Source: a virus. From it: DNA of 64,000 bases. Position 1 is the first letter of the stretch. Each line of letters begins with the position of its first letter. Where the stretch lies: UHGV virus genome UHGV-1497419; one strand, written 5' to 3'. The position numbers and the translations under genes were made by a program. Shown piece after piece: positions 29,770-47,560 of this stretch. The notes under the pieces are model-generated. The model worked only from the letters and a program-made list of their open reading frames with translations. It was not told the origin of the DNA and ran no database searches.

Positions 29770-30078
29770 TAAGAGTCTTTGAAAAGGGTTTTTAAGTGAT
29801 GTGGGGCGAGGCTCGGTGAGGTGGGGTAAGGCATAGTGCGGTGCTGTTTGGTATGGGTAGTTAGTCTCAGCTACATTAAAATGAGACTTACCTTTTTAAA
29901 GGGTCTTTAAACAGGGTCTTTTAATAAGGTTGTGTGATGTGATGTATGGTGCTGTGGAGTTTGGTTAGGTCCGGTCAGGTATGGTATGGTGATGTGAGGT
30001 ATGGGTGGATGGTAGTAGCCACGTTAAAAATCTACCAAGTTTCTAAAGAGTCTTCTGTTGAGGGTTCTTTATAAACAA
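29770..30078. repeat. Composite repeat array A: GGTCTTT-type direct repeats, two GT-rich tracts with 5-nt GG periodicity, conserved hairpins
   Basis: Order is Y-like / GT tract 1 / hairpin X (GTAGTTAGTCTCAGCTACATTAAAATGAGACTTACC) / Y (GGGTCTTTAAACAGGGTCTTTT) / GT tract 2 / hairpin X' / Y-like; no ORF on either strand. Confidence 0.6.
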
Positions 30079-30094
30079 CTTAACAATCAATTAA

Positions 30095-30700
<606 letters not shown>

Positions 30701-30702
30701 TT

Positions 30703-31143
30703 ATGAATACAAAAGCATTAGCAGCAAAGTTTAGTTACGGTGACACTGTATCACACTCTGAGATGGATACCTTCTTAGGTATTGTGAAGCCAACTTATCA
30801 AGGTGACATTGTTAAGTACGAAGATGAAATGAAGGCTTATGCACTTACACGTCTAAACCGACTTGAGAAGTTTATTGAAAAGCTTCTTAAAGAAGAGAAG
30901 ATTTATCTGGTTGCTTCAATGGGTGTTGGTTATCGTGTTGTTGAACCTAAGCATCAAGCAACTATTGCAAAACGTAAAATGTCTGGTAAGATTGGTCGAG
31001 CTTTAAAGCAAGCCACTCAAGCGATTGAGAATGTGAACACTATGGCACTTAGCCATCAAGAACGTTCACGACTGATTGAACAGCAAAACCACTTAGCTGC
31101 TATGAAAGCTAACATTAACAAGCAACGTAGAAAACCTTTCTAA
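30703..31143 (+). CDS. Hypothetical protein (second gene of repeat-flanked cassette)
   Basis: 146-aa ORF, translationally coupled; basic C-terminus. Confidence 0.45.
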   Translation: MNTKALAAKFSYGDTVSHSEMDTFLGIVKPTYQGDIVKYEDEMKAYALTRLNRLEKFIEKLLKEEKIYLVASMGVGYRVVEPKHQATIAKRKMSGKIGRALKQATQAIENVNTMALSHQERSRLIEQQNHLAAMKANINKQRRKPF

Positions 31144-31153
31144 GTTGACTAGG

Positions 31154-31177
31154 TAGCCTCTTCGGAGGCTCCTTTTT
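31154..31177 (+). terminator. Rho-independent terminator after cassette
   Basis: AGCCTC-TTCG-GAGGCT hairpin followed by TTTTT. Confidence 0.6.
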
Positions 31178-31440
31178 AAAAGGTCTTTAAACAGGGTCTT
31201 TTAATGAGGTTATGTATGGTTTGGTTGGGTGTGGTGGTGTAAGGTGTAGTCAGGCTTGGTGAGGGTAGTTAGTCTCAGCTACATTAAAATGAGACTTACC
31301 TTTTTAAAAGGTCTTTAAGAGGGTCTTTTAACAAGGTTAGGTTAGGTCTGGTGTGGTAGGGTTAGGTGGGGTTAGGTTTGGTGTGGTATGGAAGGATGGC
31401 AGTAGCCTTATAAAAAATCTGCCAAATAAGCTATAAAGTC
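31176..31440. repeat. Composite repeat array B (paralogue of array A)
   Basis: Same Y / GT tract / hairpin X / Y / GT tract / hairpin X' order; hairpin X is identical to the array A copy; GT tract 2 reads (GGTNN) about 12 times. Confidence 0.6.
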
Positions 31441-31442
31441 TG

Positions 31443-31477
31443 TTGACAAGTCAGGTGTTATAGCTTATTTTTATACT
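31443..31477 (+). promoter_or_regulatory. Sigma70-like promoter upstream of secreted-protein gene
   Basis: TTGACA - 17 nt - TATTTT, with TATACT immediately after. Confidence 0.45.
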
Positions 31478-31515
31478 CAATGTAATACAAAATTTAATAT
31501 AACTTTGAGGTCATT

Positions 31516-31899
31516 ATGAAAAAGATTTTATTAGCTGCTGCAATGGTTATGGCAATGAATTTACCAGTCAATGCAACAGAACTTCCAAATGTGGACTTAT
31601 CAGGTGTTCCAGAAGACACTTGCCAGATTGTAAAAGGTGTTGCTCTAGCTAATGGTGAGTTACTTAAACCCATCTCTGAAGAGTCTTTGACAGAGATGAC
31701 TGATAAGGTGACTGACTACCAGTATCGTGTTCTTGCAGAGTATTTCCTGCAATCTGCAAACATTAAAGAGAAACACCATGACGATATTGATGTACAGGCG
31801 ATGCTCAACCACCGTATCCAGTTTAAAGAAGATTTGATGCAAAAAGCTATGTATGGTGTGGAGTATTTCTTAGAAAACAGAAGCTGCACAGGTATTTGA
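31516..31899 (+). CDS. Secreted/periplasmic protein with Sec signal peptide
   Basis: MKKILLAAAMVMAMNLPVNA followed by a likely cleavage site; 127 aa. Confidence 0.5.
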   Translation: MKKILLAAAMVMAMNLPVNATELPNVDLSGVPEDTCQIVKGVALANGELLKPISEESLTEMTDKVTDYQYRVLAEYFLQSANIKEKHHDDIDVQAMLNHRIQFKEDLMQKAMYGVEYFLENRSCTGI

Positions 31900-31900
31900 T

Positions 31901-32113
31901 ATGGCTCTTAAAAAGTTACATCCCAGAAGCGGTTATGGTAAGATAATTGACGATACAGACGGATTTACAGTCTTTACAGTTATCTGTCAAGATGATTCAC
32001 AGATTGAAAAGGCTCTTGATGATTATCTTAATGATGAACGTGAAAAGGTTAGGGCTACAAACATAGATTCATTGATTGACACTTCACGCAAACGGAAGAA
32101 GAAAGATGAATGA
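31901..32113 (+). CDS. Hypothetical protein
   Basis: 70-aa ORF. Confidence 0.3.
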   Translation: MALKKLHPRSGYGKIIDDTDGFTVFTVICQDDSQIEKALDDYLNDEREKVRATNIDSLIDTSRKRKKKDE

Positions 32114-32405
32114 GGTTTTTGACCCTTATGCCCCACAAGATGATTGGGAGGCTGATAGAGAGGCTGAAATGGAGAGTTATATTTGTCCAATGGATGTAAA
32201 CGAAATGAGAGACTTCGTTGCACATCGTTTTAAGAGAGAGATTAAATCCAGAGGTCTTTCTCAAGAGCAAGTTGCTAAAATTTGTGGTATCTCTCAGGCT
32301 CGTGTATCCAACATAATCCATCTCACTGGTAACGTCTCCCTTGAGTATATGTTGGAAGTATGTGAAAAATTTGGTGTTAATTTCAATTTAAGGTTGGCAG
32401 ATTAA
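32109..32405 (+). CDS. Helix-turn-helix (XRE-like) DNA-binding protein
   Basis: LSQEQVAKICGISQARVSNI matches an HTH pattern; start set at MNEVFD. Confidence 0.45.
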   Translation, partial: NEVFDPYAPQDDWEADREAEMESYICPMDVNEMRDFVAHRFKREIKSRGLSQEQVAKICGISQARVSNIIHLTGNVSLEYMLEVCEKFGVNFNLRLAD

Positions 32406-32406
32406 T

Positions 32407-32766
32407 ATGAAACGTGAAAACATTATCCACTCTGAAAACTTCGCATTAGGCTTTTATGGCGTACCAACTCACCTTGAAAAGTATTATGGTGTGAAGATTC
32501 TCTCCAATCTCATTATGGCTTACAAAGATGGTAAGATTAAGCACACTGAGAAGAAACGTGTCATGGGCTATATGGCTGTAGGTTCAGCAATCTCAAACAT
32601 CAAGCTGGAAACCACTAGTAGCCAGATTGTGAAAGACCACTTCATCAAAGAGCTTTACCAGAATCTTGATGGTGTAGATGTTCAGGCTGTTTGGTTGGAT
32701 GTTGATGGTCATAACTACACAAGTTTCGTTTTCAAAAACGATGACATTAAGTGTTTGTTCCCATAA
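32407..32766 (+). CDS. Hypothetical protein
   Basis: 119-aa ORF. Confidence 0.35.
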   Translation: MKRENIIHSENFALGFYGVPTHLEKYYGVKILSNLIMAYKDGKIKHTEKKRVMGYMAVGSAISNIKLETTSSQIVKDHFIKELYQNLDGVDVQAVWLDVDGHNYTSFVFKNDDIKCLFP

Positions 32767-32779
32767 TAGGTGATTAACT

Positions 32780-33295
32780 ATGATTGATATCTACTTACAA
32801 GATGCTCATGCAGATTTCCTTAAAGAGATGCTTAAAAAGTTTATGGCTTCACAGTATGAGAATGAAGCATCTTTTAAAATAGTTACATGTGGCGACGAAG
32901 CTGGTTTTGTTGAGATTGAACATGAAGGTACTGGAAAGAGTGTTTGTAAGTTACCTGATAGTATGTTCTCTAACACGTTCTTAACAAAGACTAGTATAAA
33001 TGTTAAGCTTGTGCCTCAGATTGAAACATACTCTGGTACAGATTATCCTAAAGGTTTTAAGTCACTGATGAAGTACTTCTTAGATGACTTTGTGGGTAAT
33101 CTTCTGAGGGAGGTAAAAGAAAGTCGTACAGTGTTAACTGTAGAGAATATCGGAGGAACTATCAGGATTACTTCTGACCGCTACTCTATGAGTCTCTTCG
33201 ACTTCGTTCCTAAGAACTTTGATGGTATTCTGGATGAAGAAGATGACTGTGTAGACTTTATATTGGTTCTTGAACCAGTTTTTGAGGTTAAATAA
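32780..33295 (+). CDS. Hypothetical protein
   Basis: 171-aa ORF. Confidence 0.35.
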   Translation: MIDIYLQDAHADFLKEMLKKFMASQYENEASFKIVTCGDEAGFVEIEHEGTGKSVCKLPDSMFSNTFLTKTSINVKLVPQIETYSGTDYPKGFKSLMKYFLDDFVGNLLREVKESRTVLTVENIGGTIRITSDRYSMSLFDFVPKNFDGILDEEDDCVDFILVLEPVFEVK

Positions 33296-33556
33296 ATGAA
33301 AATTGAACACTGCTATGAGTCTGACGGAACACCTATCCGTTGTCCACATTGTGGGTGTACAGACTTGCAAGGTGAAGTTCATGTGATTGTTAATGGTCAT
33401 ATAGCTGAAGAAAGTACTACATGTGTTGGTTGTGGTGAGCAACTATCATTCTGGGCTTATGGTTCATACCAACCTGCACCACACTTAATCTACCATAGCA
33501 ATAAAGCTGTGAAGAATGTTATCAACTGGTTTATTAAGAAAGGATTTACAAAATGA
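33296..33556 (+). CDS. Small zinc-ribbon protein
   Basis: CPHCGC...CVGCGE cysteine pairs; 86 aa. Confidence 0.35.
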   Translation: MKIEHCYESDGTPIRCPHCGCTDLQGEVHVIVNGHIAEESTTCVGCGEQLSFWAYGSYQPAPHLIYHSNKAVKNVINWFIKKGFTK

Positions 33557-34098
33557 TTAAATTAATCTTTGCAAGTGGTGAAAATGGTGAGTTTGGTACT
33601 CCAACTGGTATGCCGTGGCCTCGACATAAACAGGACATGCAAGAGTTTAAGAGACTCACTAAAAACAACTTAGTAGTGATGGGTAACGAGACTTTCAAGA
33701 CTCTGGGGGGTAAACCTTTACCAGAACGTGCAAATCTCATCTTAACAAATTCTGTACCATATCTAGGCATAGATTTTGGCAAAGATGATGTGATGTATGC
33801 TAAGGCCAGCAAAGAATCCTTTGGAGCATTTTTGAATTATCTTGATAGCTCTATTGATGAAGATGTCTTTGTAATTGGTGGTGCAGGTGTCCTTGTCAAT
33901 GCTTTACCATATGCTGGTGTAGTTTTCCATACAGTTTTCCATAAAGTTACTGAAGAGGCCACTGTGCATTTACCTTTTGAAAACTTCTTTGAGAAGCTGT
34001 ATGATAACCGTGTATTTACAAAGGTACAGTCAAAACCATCAGATGATGGTAAAGCAACCTTTGAAATTTATGTTCCACAAGCAAAAGGACACTTTTGA
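33553..34098 (+). CDS. frd: Dihydrofolate reductase
   Basis: MIKLIFASGENGEFGTPTGMPWP and VVMGNETFKTLG match DHFR signatures; sits directly upstream of thymidylate synthase as in T4 frd-td. Confidence 0.8.
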   Translation: MIKLIFASGENGEFGTPTGMPWPRHKQDMQEFKRLTKNNLVVMGNETFKTLGGKPLPERANLILTNSVPYLGIDFGKDDVMYAKASKESFGAFLNYLDSSIDEDVFVIGGAGVLVNALPYAGVVFHTVFHKVTEEATVHLPFENFFEKLYDNRVFTKVQSKPSDDGKATFEIYVPQAKGHF

Positions 34099-34099
34099 T

Positions 34100-34999
34100 A
34101 TGTCACAAGCAGATACAAGTTACAAAAATATCCTGAACCATGTTTTATCAGTTGGTGAACTGCGTACTACACGAACTGGAGATGTTATCTCTGCATTTGC
34201 TCCACCTAAGTTTCGTTTTGATATGCGAACTGGTTTCCCACTCTTAACATCTAAACAGGTGTTTACACGGCAAGTTATTGGGGAAGCTTTATGGTTCCTG
34301 AATGGTGAGAATAAGCTTGGTGAACTTCGTTACCGTACTTGGGGTGAAAATGACGGAGAACGCTGGACTATCTGGTCAGATGATTTTAAACGCTGGTTAA
34401 GCTCTAATTATTCTTCTGAACAAGATTGGTTAGAGGATGCAGGTGGAAGAATCTATGGGGTTCAGTGGAGAAACTTTGAAGGTCATAATGGTTGTGTTGT
34501 AGACCAACTAGAGACCTTAGTAGCGAAGATGAAGGGTGATATCACAGACCGCTACATGCTTGTTAATGCTTGGAATGCAGCAGATATTGCAGCTAACTCT
34601 ATGGCTTTAGCACCTTGCCATGTACTGTTTCAGATTTATATCACTAACGAAGGTGAAGTTGACTTACAATGGTATCAACGTTCTGTAGACACCTTTTTAG
34701 GACTTCCGTTTAACATTGCATCTTATGGTTTTATTCTGGAAGTTCTTTGCAAGATGACTGGATACACTCCACGGTACTTGATAGGTGTCTTTGGAGATAC
34801 TCAGATTTATCAGAACCATATGAAGCAGGTTTATGAACTGATGAACAATGAAGAGTTCCATGCACCTACTTTTGAGATTGGGCTACCACTTAACACTTTA
34901 AGTGACTTAAAACATCTTACTGCAAGTGATTTTATTGGTGGCATTAACAACTACCAACATGCAGGGAAGATTGAAGCACCTCTGTCAGTAGGTAAGTAA
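34100..34999 (+). CDS. td: Thymidylate synthase (ThyA type)
   Basis: Active-site region LAPCHVLFQIYI and RTGDV substrate-binding motif; start trimmed to MSQADT; uninterrupted, no intron. Confidence 0.85.
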   Translation: MSQADTSYKNILNHVLSVGELRTTRTGDVISAFAPPKFRFDMRTGFPLLTSKQVFTRQVIGEALWFLNGENKLGELRYRTWGENDGERWTIWSDDFKRWLSSNYSSEQDWLEDAGGRIYGVQWRNFEGHNGCVVDQLETLVAKMKGDITDRYMLVNAWNAADIAANSMALAPCHVLFQIYITNEGEVDLQWYQRSVDTFLGLPFNIASYGFILEVLCKMTGYTPRYLIGVFGDTQIYQNHMKQVYELMNNEEFHAPTFEIGLPLNTLSDLKHLTASDFIGGINNYQHAGKIEAPLSVGK

Positions 35000-35008
35000 A
35001 ACAAAAAA

Positions 35009-35028
35009 GGCTCCCGTAAAAAGGAGCC
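35009..35028. terminator. Bidirectional terminator between convergent td and minus-strand genes
   Basis: GGCTCC-N8-GGAGCC hairpin flanked by A/T runs on both sides. Confidence 0.55.
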
Positions 35029-35035
35029 TTAAATT

Positions 35036-35407
35036 TTATCTTTCAGTATTCTTTGTGTTCTTTTCAGTAATAGCTTGCAAGGCTGATACTGATTGAGCCA
35101 GATTGTTCACACTGTCAGAGAATTTATCGAGAGTCTTAGTAAGTTTTGCGTTTTCACCCTTAACATTCTCTAACTGAACTTTCTGGTTCTCCATCCCTAG
35201 CTGAATCAGTCTCATGTCAGACTGTAAATCACGAATAGCTGAGTAATTAGATTTGCTATAATTATCTAGCTGCTGTAACTTTGTTGTGACAGACACTTCT
35301 TGCTTACCATCCGAAACTTGCATGGTGGTATACATCCCAATAACACTAAAAATACCAACTACAATTGCACCAATATTATTTTTAAAAGCTTCCTCTAGCC
35401 ACTTCAT
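35036..35407 (-). CDS. Membrane-anchored coiled-coil protein (possible spanin-like or tail-associated)
   Basis: N-terminal transmembrane segment, then coiled-coil-like sequence; 123 aa; no endolysin identified nearby. Confidence 0.3.
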   Translation of the reverse strand: MKWLEEAFKNNIGAIVVGIFSVIGMYTTMQVSDGKQEVSVTTKLQQLDNYSKSNYSAIRDLQSDMRLIQLGMENQKVQLENVKGENAKLTKTLDKFSDSVNNLAQSVSALQAITEKNTKNTER

Positions 35408-35602
35408 TTATTTCTCCCCCTTAAAAGCTTTTTCTAAGTTATCTACGAACTCATCATCAATAGGTGTGTCTGTTTTACTCGCAAGGTATCTTGCAAGCTT
35501 AAAGAACACTTTCTCAATCATGTATTCACTTAGAAGGGATAAAATGAGTTTCCAGAAGAAGCTACCTAGATTTTTTAGAAGAATTGCTAGGATTGTAGGC
35601 AT
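35408..35602 (-). CDS. Small single-pass membrane protein (possible holin-like)
   Basis: 64 aa; one hydrophobic helix with a charged C-terminus. Confidence 0.25.
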   Translation of the reverse strand: MPTILAILLKNLGSFFWKLILSLLSEYMIEKVFFKLARYLASKTDTPIDDEFVDNLEKAFKGEK

Positions 35603-35681
35603 TTAATCACCTCATCAGCCAAGATGGTGAGAATACCCATAAAGAATATTAACACCATCTTAACAATCAGTCAATAAGTGA

Positions 35682-38066
35682 TTAAGCAGTTCTTACCCAA
35701 GCCATTAACTTATAGAACTGGTTAGTAACACTAAATGCTGAACCAGAACCAGTACCACCTGTGTTACCACTAACTGTATGGGTGTGAGCACCAATACCTA
35801 CAGAGTGGGTGTGAGCACCAGTGTTACTTGTAGTACCAGACCATGTGTGTGTATGGTTACCAGTTGTGTTAGTGTTAGGGAACTTGTTATCAGTTCTGTC
35901 AAGCCAGTCAAGAGTTCTCGTCTTGTTATTGCTAACAGTTGTATAACCGTACTGAGCATCACCACCATTAACCAATAGCAGACCTAAGTGGTGAGCGTGG
36001 TTACCAGCAGCACTTGTTGTGCCACTTACAGAGTGAGTATGACCACCAGTGCTATTAGTGCTCTTCGTACCATAATCGAAAGACGAAGTGGTAGCAGAGA
36101 AACTATGGGTGTGTGATGGTAAGTTACCAACAGCTAACGTCACAGAGTCTGAACCGCCTGTTGTAGCAACATCTGAACCATTTGCTGCTGCAATTCTGAT
36201 AGTTCTACCAACACCATTGTTCAGGTACGTCCAAGTTAACCCAGGAAGTGCTGTATTAGGGTCAACATTACTGTTAAACCACGTTACAATACCTACTGGA
36301 TAGATTTTATTAAGGTCTGTAGAGTCACTTACTGCCTGTGCAATCTTCTGGTCAGTTTCAGCTTTAGTGTATGCACCAATCTCTGAAGGGTTTGGTCTCT
36401 GAGCTTCAGTGTAAACCTTAGACCATTCAGCCTCAAAACCCTGCCTATCTCTGGCTGTTCTATACCATAAACCACTATTCCTGTAATCAAACCTTAATTG
36501 TGCAGTTGGTGTTGATGCTAACATATTAGCGAATAGGTGTAAGACTAAACGGCTTGAACCACCACCCTTGATAGTCTCTACATAAATTCCTGAAGGTTGG
36601 TTCCAAGCCACACCACCATCAGACTCCTCCACTAAAGCTCTGGATGCTGACCATAAGTACTTTGCATCGGTTGCAGATTTAACGTAGTATCTATCATCTA
36701 AGTTAGACCAATCAGATGGTTGTACCTGACCAGTGATTCTAACAGTTTTATTCAGTAAGAAATCACTCCCCATGTAAATGGTGGTAGCAGTCCTGTCATT
36801 GTGAATAATGAGTCTGGTCGGGTCTGCTGTTTCTCCATTCCCAATATACCACCTTCTCACATCGTCAGCATTATGGGCAGAGAGATACACCTCTTTATCC
36901 TGAATAGTATTCCTTAGTTGCAATAATGGGCCATTCTGTTTAATAACCTGTGCAGACCTGAAAGTGTTTACATCACTTAGCTTAGCAAGATTACTCAAAG
37001 TTCCTGCTGGAATATATCTAGAGTCGATGTTAGTCCAATCAGAAGGTTGAACTTGACCAGTGATTTGGACTGTTCTGCTCATGGCAATGGTGTTACCTAG
37101 TGAGATTTGTGTATTTGCTAAGTAGTTATAGATGTTTACAGTGTTTTCATCGGTATCATTACCAATATACCACTTACGAGTTCCATCTGATTTTTTTGCT
37201 TGGATATACAAAGCAGCAGTTGTATCTACATTTTGCAGAGTGATAGCATTAGCATTCTTCTTAACAACAAAGTTAGTGAAAATATTAGAGCCACTAAAAG
37301 TATTATCACCAGCTAACTGTGCAAATCTCTGATTAGCTACTGTCTGAGTAAAGTATCTAGCATCTAAGTTAGAGAAGTCAGAAGGTTGAACTTGACCCAT
37401 GACTCTTAGTGTCTTGTTAAATGACGCTGTTGCGTCAAGGGTTAACATTGAGCCAGTGGCATGATTGTACAGATAAACATTAGTGTTGTTTGCATTTCCC
37501 TGTCCAACATACCACGTTTGCTGGTTATTAGCATCTCTACCCTGAATATATGAAGCTCCTGCATTAGTTGCTTTCTTAAGGGTTAACTGCTCACCATCAG
37601 TTACAATTGCTTGCCTAATGTTGAAGTTATTTGTTACAGCCAGCCTTGCATATCTTGCATCATTCTCTTCATTAGTTCTCATCCCAAGTTCATTAGGGCT
37701 TGGTTTATTCAGAGTATGATAAACAGTTGCCGACCTTGAAGCATCTGCAATAGTTAGCTTAAGACCGTTTGCGTTAATTTTAAAAGTCTTTAAAACATCC
37801 CCGATAGTAATCTCAGAAGAACCTGTTGGGTCAAATACTGCCTTACCGCCATAGAGTAACTTAACAATCCCTAAGTCACCTGTCATAGTACTACCAGCAA
37901 TCTGAACAAATCTCTCAAGTTTAAAAGATGCTAAGAAGTCTTGATAGGTCATTCGACGGTCTTCATCACCCAGCATTTCAGGTCTCTTTTTAACTCTGAC
38001 ATGAAGAAGGTCATCTGAACGGATTGTATCGATTGAGTTTAATTCACTCAATTTGTAATCTGCCAT
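35682..38066 (-). CDS. Long tail fibre protein with His-rich C-terminal tip domain
   Basis: Three internal QVQPSD(F/W)(S/T)N(L/I)D(A/S/D)RY repeats; C-terminal HTHS...GNHAHH...GNHTHTW...[18 protein letters not shown] repeats like the T4 gp37 tip; track start is TTG, trimmed to ATG behind GAGAGG. Confidence 0.8.
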   Translation of the reverse strand: MADYKLSELNSIDTIRSDDLLHVRVKKRPEMLGDEDRRMTYQDFLASFKLERFVQIAGSTMTGDLGIVKLLYGGKAVFDPTGSSEITIGDVLKTFKINANGLKLTIADASRSATVYHTLNKPSPNELGMRTNEENDARYARLAVTNNFNIRQAIVTDGEQLTLKKATNAGASYIQGRDANNQQTWYVGQGNANNTNVYLYNHATGSMLTLDATASFNKTLRVMGQVQPSDFSNLDARYFTQTVANQRFAQLAGDNTFSGSNIFTNFVVKKNANAITLQNVDTTAALYIQAKKSDGTRKWYIGNDTDENTVNIYNYLANTQISLGNTIAMSRTVQITGQVQPSDWTNIDSRYIPAGTLSNLAKLSDVNTFRSAQVIKQNGPLLQLRNTIQDKEVYLSAHNADDVRRWYIGNGETADPTRLIIHNDRTATTIYMGSDFLLNKTVRITGQVQPSDWSNLDDRYYVKSATDAKYLWSASRALVEESDGGVAWNQPSGIYVETIKGGGSSRLVLHLFANMLASTPTAQLRFDYRNSGLWYRTARDRQGFEAEWSKVYTEAQRPNPSEIGAYTKAETDQKIAQAVSDSTDLNKIYPVGIVTWFNSNVDPNTALPGLTWTYLNNGVGRTIRIAAANGSDVATTGGSDSVTLAVGNLPSHTHSFSATTSSFDYGTKSTNSTGGHTHSVSGTTSAAGNHAHHLGLLLVNGGDAQYGYTTVSNNKTRTLDWLDRTDNKFPNTNTTGNHTHTWSGTTSNTGAHTHSVGIGAHTHTVSGNTGGTGSGSAFSVTNQFYKLMAWVRTA

Positions 38067-38086
38067 TATAAATTTTCCTCTCAAAA

Positions 38087-38102
38087 GGGGCTATAAAGCC
38101 CC
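38087..38102 (-). terminator. Hairpin GGGGCTATAAAGCCCC between the two tail fibre genes
   Basis: Perfect stem plus U-run on the minus transcript. Confidence 0.45.
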
Positions 38103-38112
38103 TGTAAAGAAA

Positions 38113-39300
38113 TTAAGCTGTTCTCTGCCATACATACAGTACGAAGGATGGCTGCTCAATGTTGAAAGCTTGTCCACCACCAACACTATTCGTGTTTCCA
38201 CTATGTGTATGCTCAGAAGAAGAAACTGTCACAGTACCGTTGTGTGTATGTGAACCAATACCAACTGTATGGCTATGAGCACCAATACCCACTGTGTGAT
38301 TGTGGTTACCAGTTGTGTTAGTGGTAACGCTAAAAGAGTGGGTGTGCGAACCAGCGACTTCGCAGACAGCATCTGCTGAGTACCACGATTGGTCATTCCT
38401 TGTAGACCAAACCATTGCAGGTCTTTCCGACAGACCACCACCTGCTTCATAAGTCAATCTGTGGTTGTGAGCACCAGCAGCACTTGTTGACCCACTACCA
38501 ACGTGATTGTGGTTACCAGTTGTGTTAGTGGTCTTTGTTCCATAGTCAAAAGAGTTGGTAGTCTTAGTTCCATAGTCAAAAGCTGAGATTGAAACAGTTG
38601 CATTATGAGTGTGACCACCACCACTGAGAGACACAGAGTGTGAGTGTTGAGGCATATTATTAACTGACAAAGTGACAGTTGAAGCACCAAATACAGAACC
38701 TGCTGGCCTTGTATCAGAGTCATAACCAACCAACGCCATACCTTTTGAAACTAACTCCCAAGTACCTCCACAAATTAAGTATGTAGAGGGGTTTGCAGAG
38801 TTCATCGAAAGATGGATAGTACCTACTGGATAAGAAGCCTGAACAGCCTTGTACAAGTTATTTACTGCTCTTGCTGTAGCATACTTATCTGCATCCTCGT
38901 TATACAGGTTAGATGTTGTCCAGTTCTGAACATTACTTAAACCAACCTGTGCCTTAGTTGTATTGTGTGGGTTACTCTTGTCCTTGATATGTTGCTGGAC
39001 AAGGCTATTAACCTCTTCTGAAGACATAATCTGTAGATTTGCTCTTGCCTCAGCTACATTAACAATATCTGATAAGTTATTTGCAGCAACTAACTGAAGA
39101 GCATTAATAACATTATCTAAACCAATTTGTGTTTTAGTAACACCATGAGGGTTATTTTTTAGGCTTGCGTGTGGAGCAAGTAATTGCTCAAGAGTACACC
39201 TCTTATCCTCAATACCCTGCTTAAGATGGAAGATATCACTAAGGTCAATTGGTAAGGCTGCTTGAGGCAAGGCACTAATTTGAATTTCACCTACTGCCAT
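38113..39300 (-). CDS. Tail fibre protein (paralogue sharing the His-rich C-terminal domain)
   Basis: C-terminal GSHTHSFSVTTNTTGNHNHTVGIGAHSHTVGIGSHTHNG...; both fibres end in ...W(V/Q)RTA. Confidence 0.75.
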   Translation of the reverse strand: MAVGEIQISALPQAALPIDLSDIFHLKQGIEDKRCTLEQLLAPHASLKNNPHGVTKTQIGLDNVINALQLVAANNLSDIVNVAEARANLQIMSSEEVNSLVQQHIKDKSNPHNTTKAQVGLSNVQNWTTSNLYNEDADKYATARAVNNLYKAVQASYPVGTIHLSMNSANPSTYLICGGTWELVSKGMALVGYDSDTRPAGSVFGASTVTLSVNNMPQHSHSVSLSGGGHTHNATVSISAFDYGTKTTNSFDYGTKTTNTTGNHNHVGSGSTSAAGAHNHRLTYEAGGGLSERPAMVWSTRNDQSWYSADAVCEVAGSHTHSFSVTTNTTGNHNHTVGIGAHSHTVGIGSHTHNGTVTVSSSEHTHSGNTNSVGGGQAFNIEQPSFVLYVWQRTA

Positions 39301-39302
39301 TA

Positions 39303-47318
<8,016 letters not shown>

Positions 47319-47319
<1 letters not shown>

Positions 47320-47558
47320 TACATTTTTCCTGCTCTTCTAAGTTCGTTGTAAGCAATTTCCTCTTTATACGACCTCTGAATCTCAAGAAATTGTCTCAAT
47401 GATAATAAATCAGAGAATGTCATAGCAAAGAGTTGGTCAAGTGTTTCTTTACACCCTTCCATACCATAAATAGCAAGCACAAATTTCATCTCGTCTGCTT
47501 CTTCATAGGTTGCCTCTACAGCAGCATCAGTTAGTGGTGTCTGTAGAGTGTTACCCAT
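47319..47558 (-). CDS. Tail assembly chaperone, frameshift extension ORF
   Basis: 79-aa ORF in the -1 frame relative to the upstream chaperone. Confidence 0.45.
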
Positions 47559-47560
47559 GT

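Noticed and set aside
35036-35602. Complete lysis cassette (holin, endolysin, spanin)
   Set aside because: Two small membrane proteins are present but no endolysin-like catalytic domain was recognised nearby, so the call is kept at low confidence
38229-38729. Minus-strand ORFs 38229..38450 and 38454..38729
   Set aside because: Alternative frame inside the tail fibre gene; translations are low-complexity
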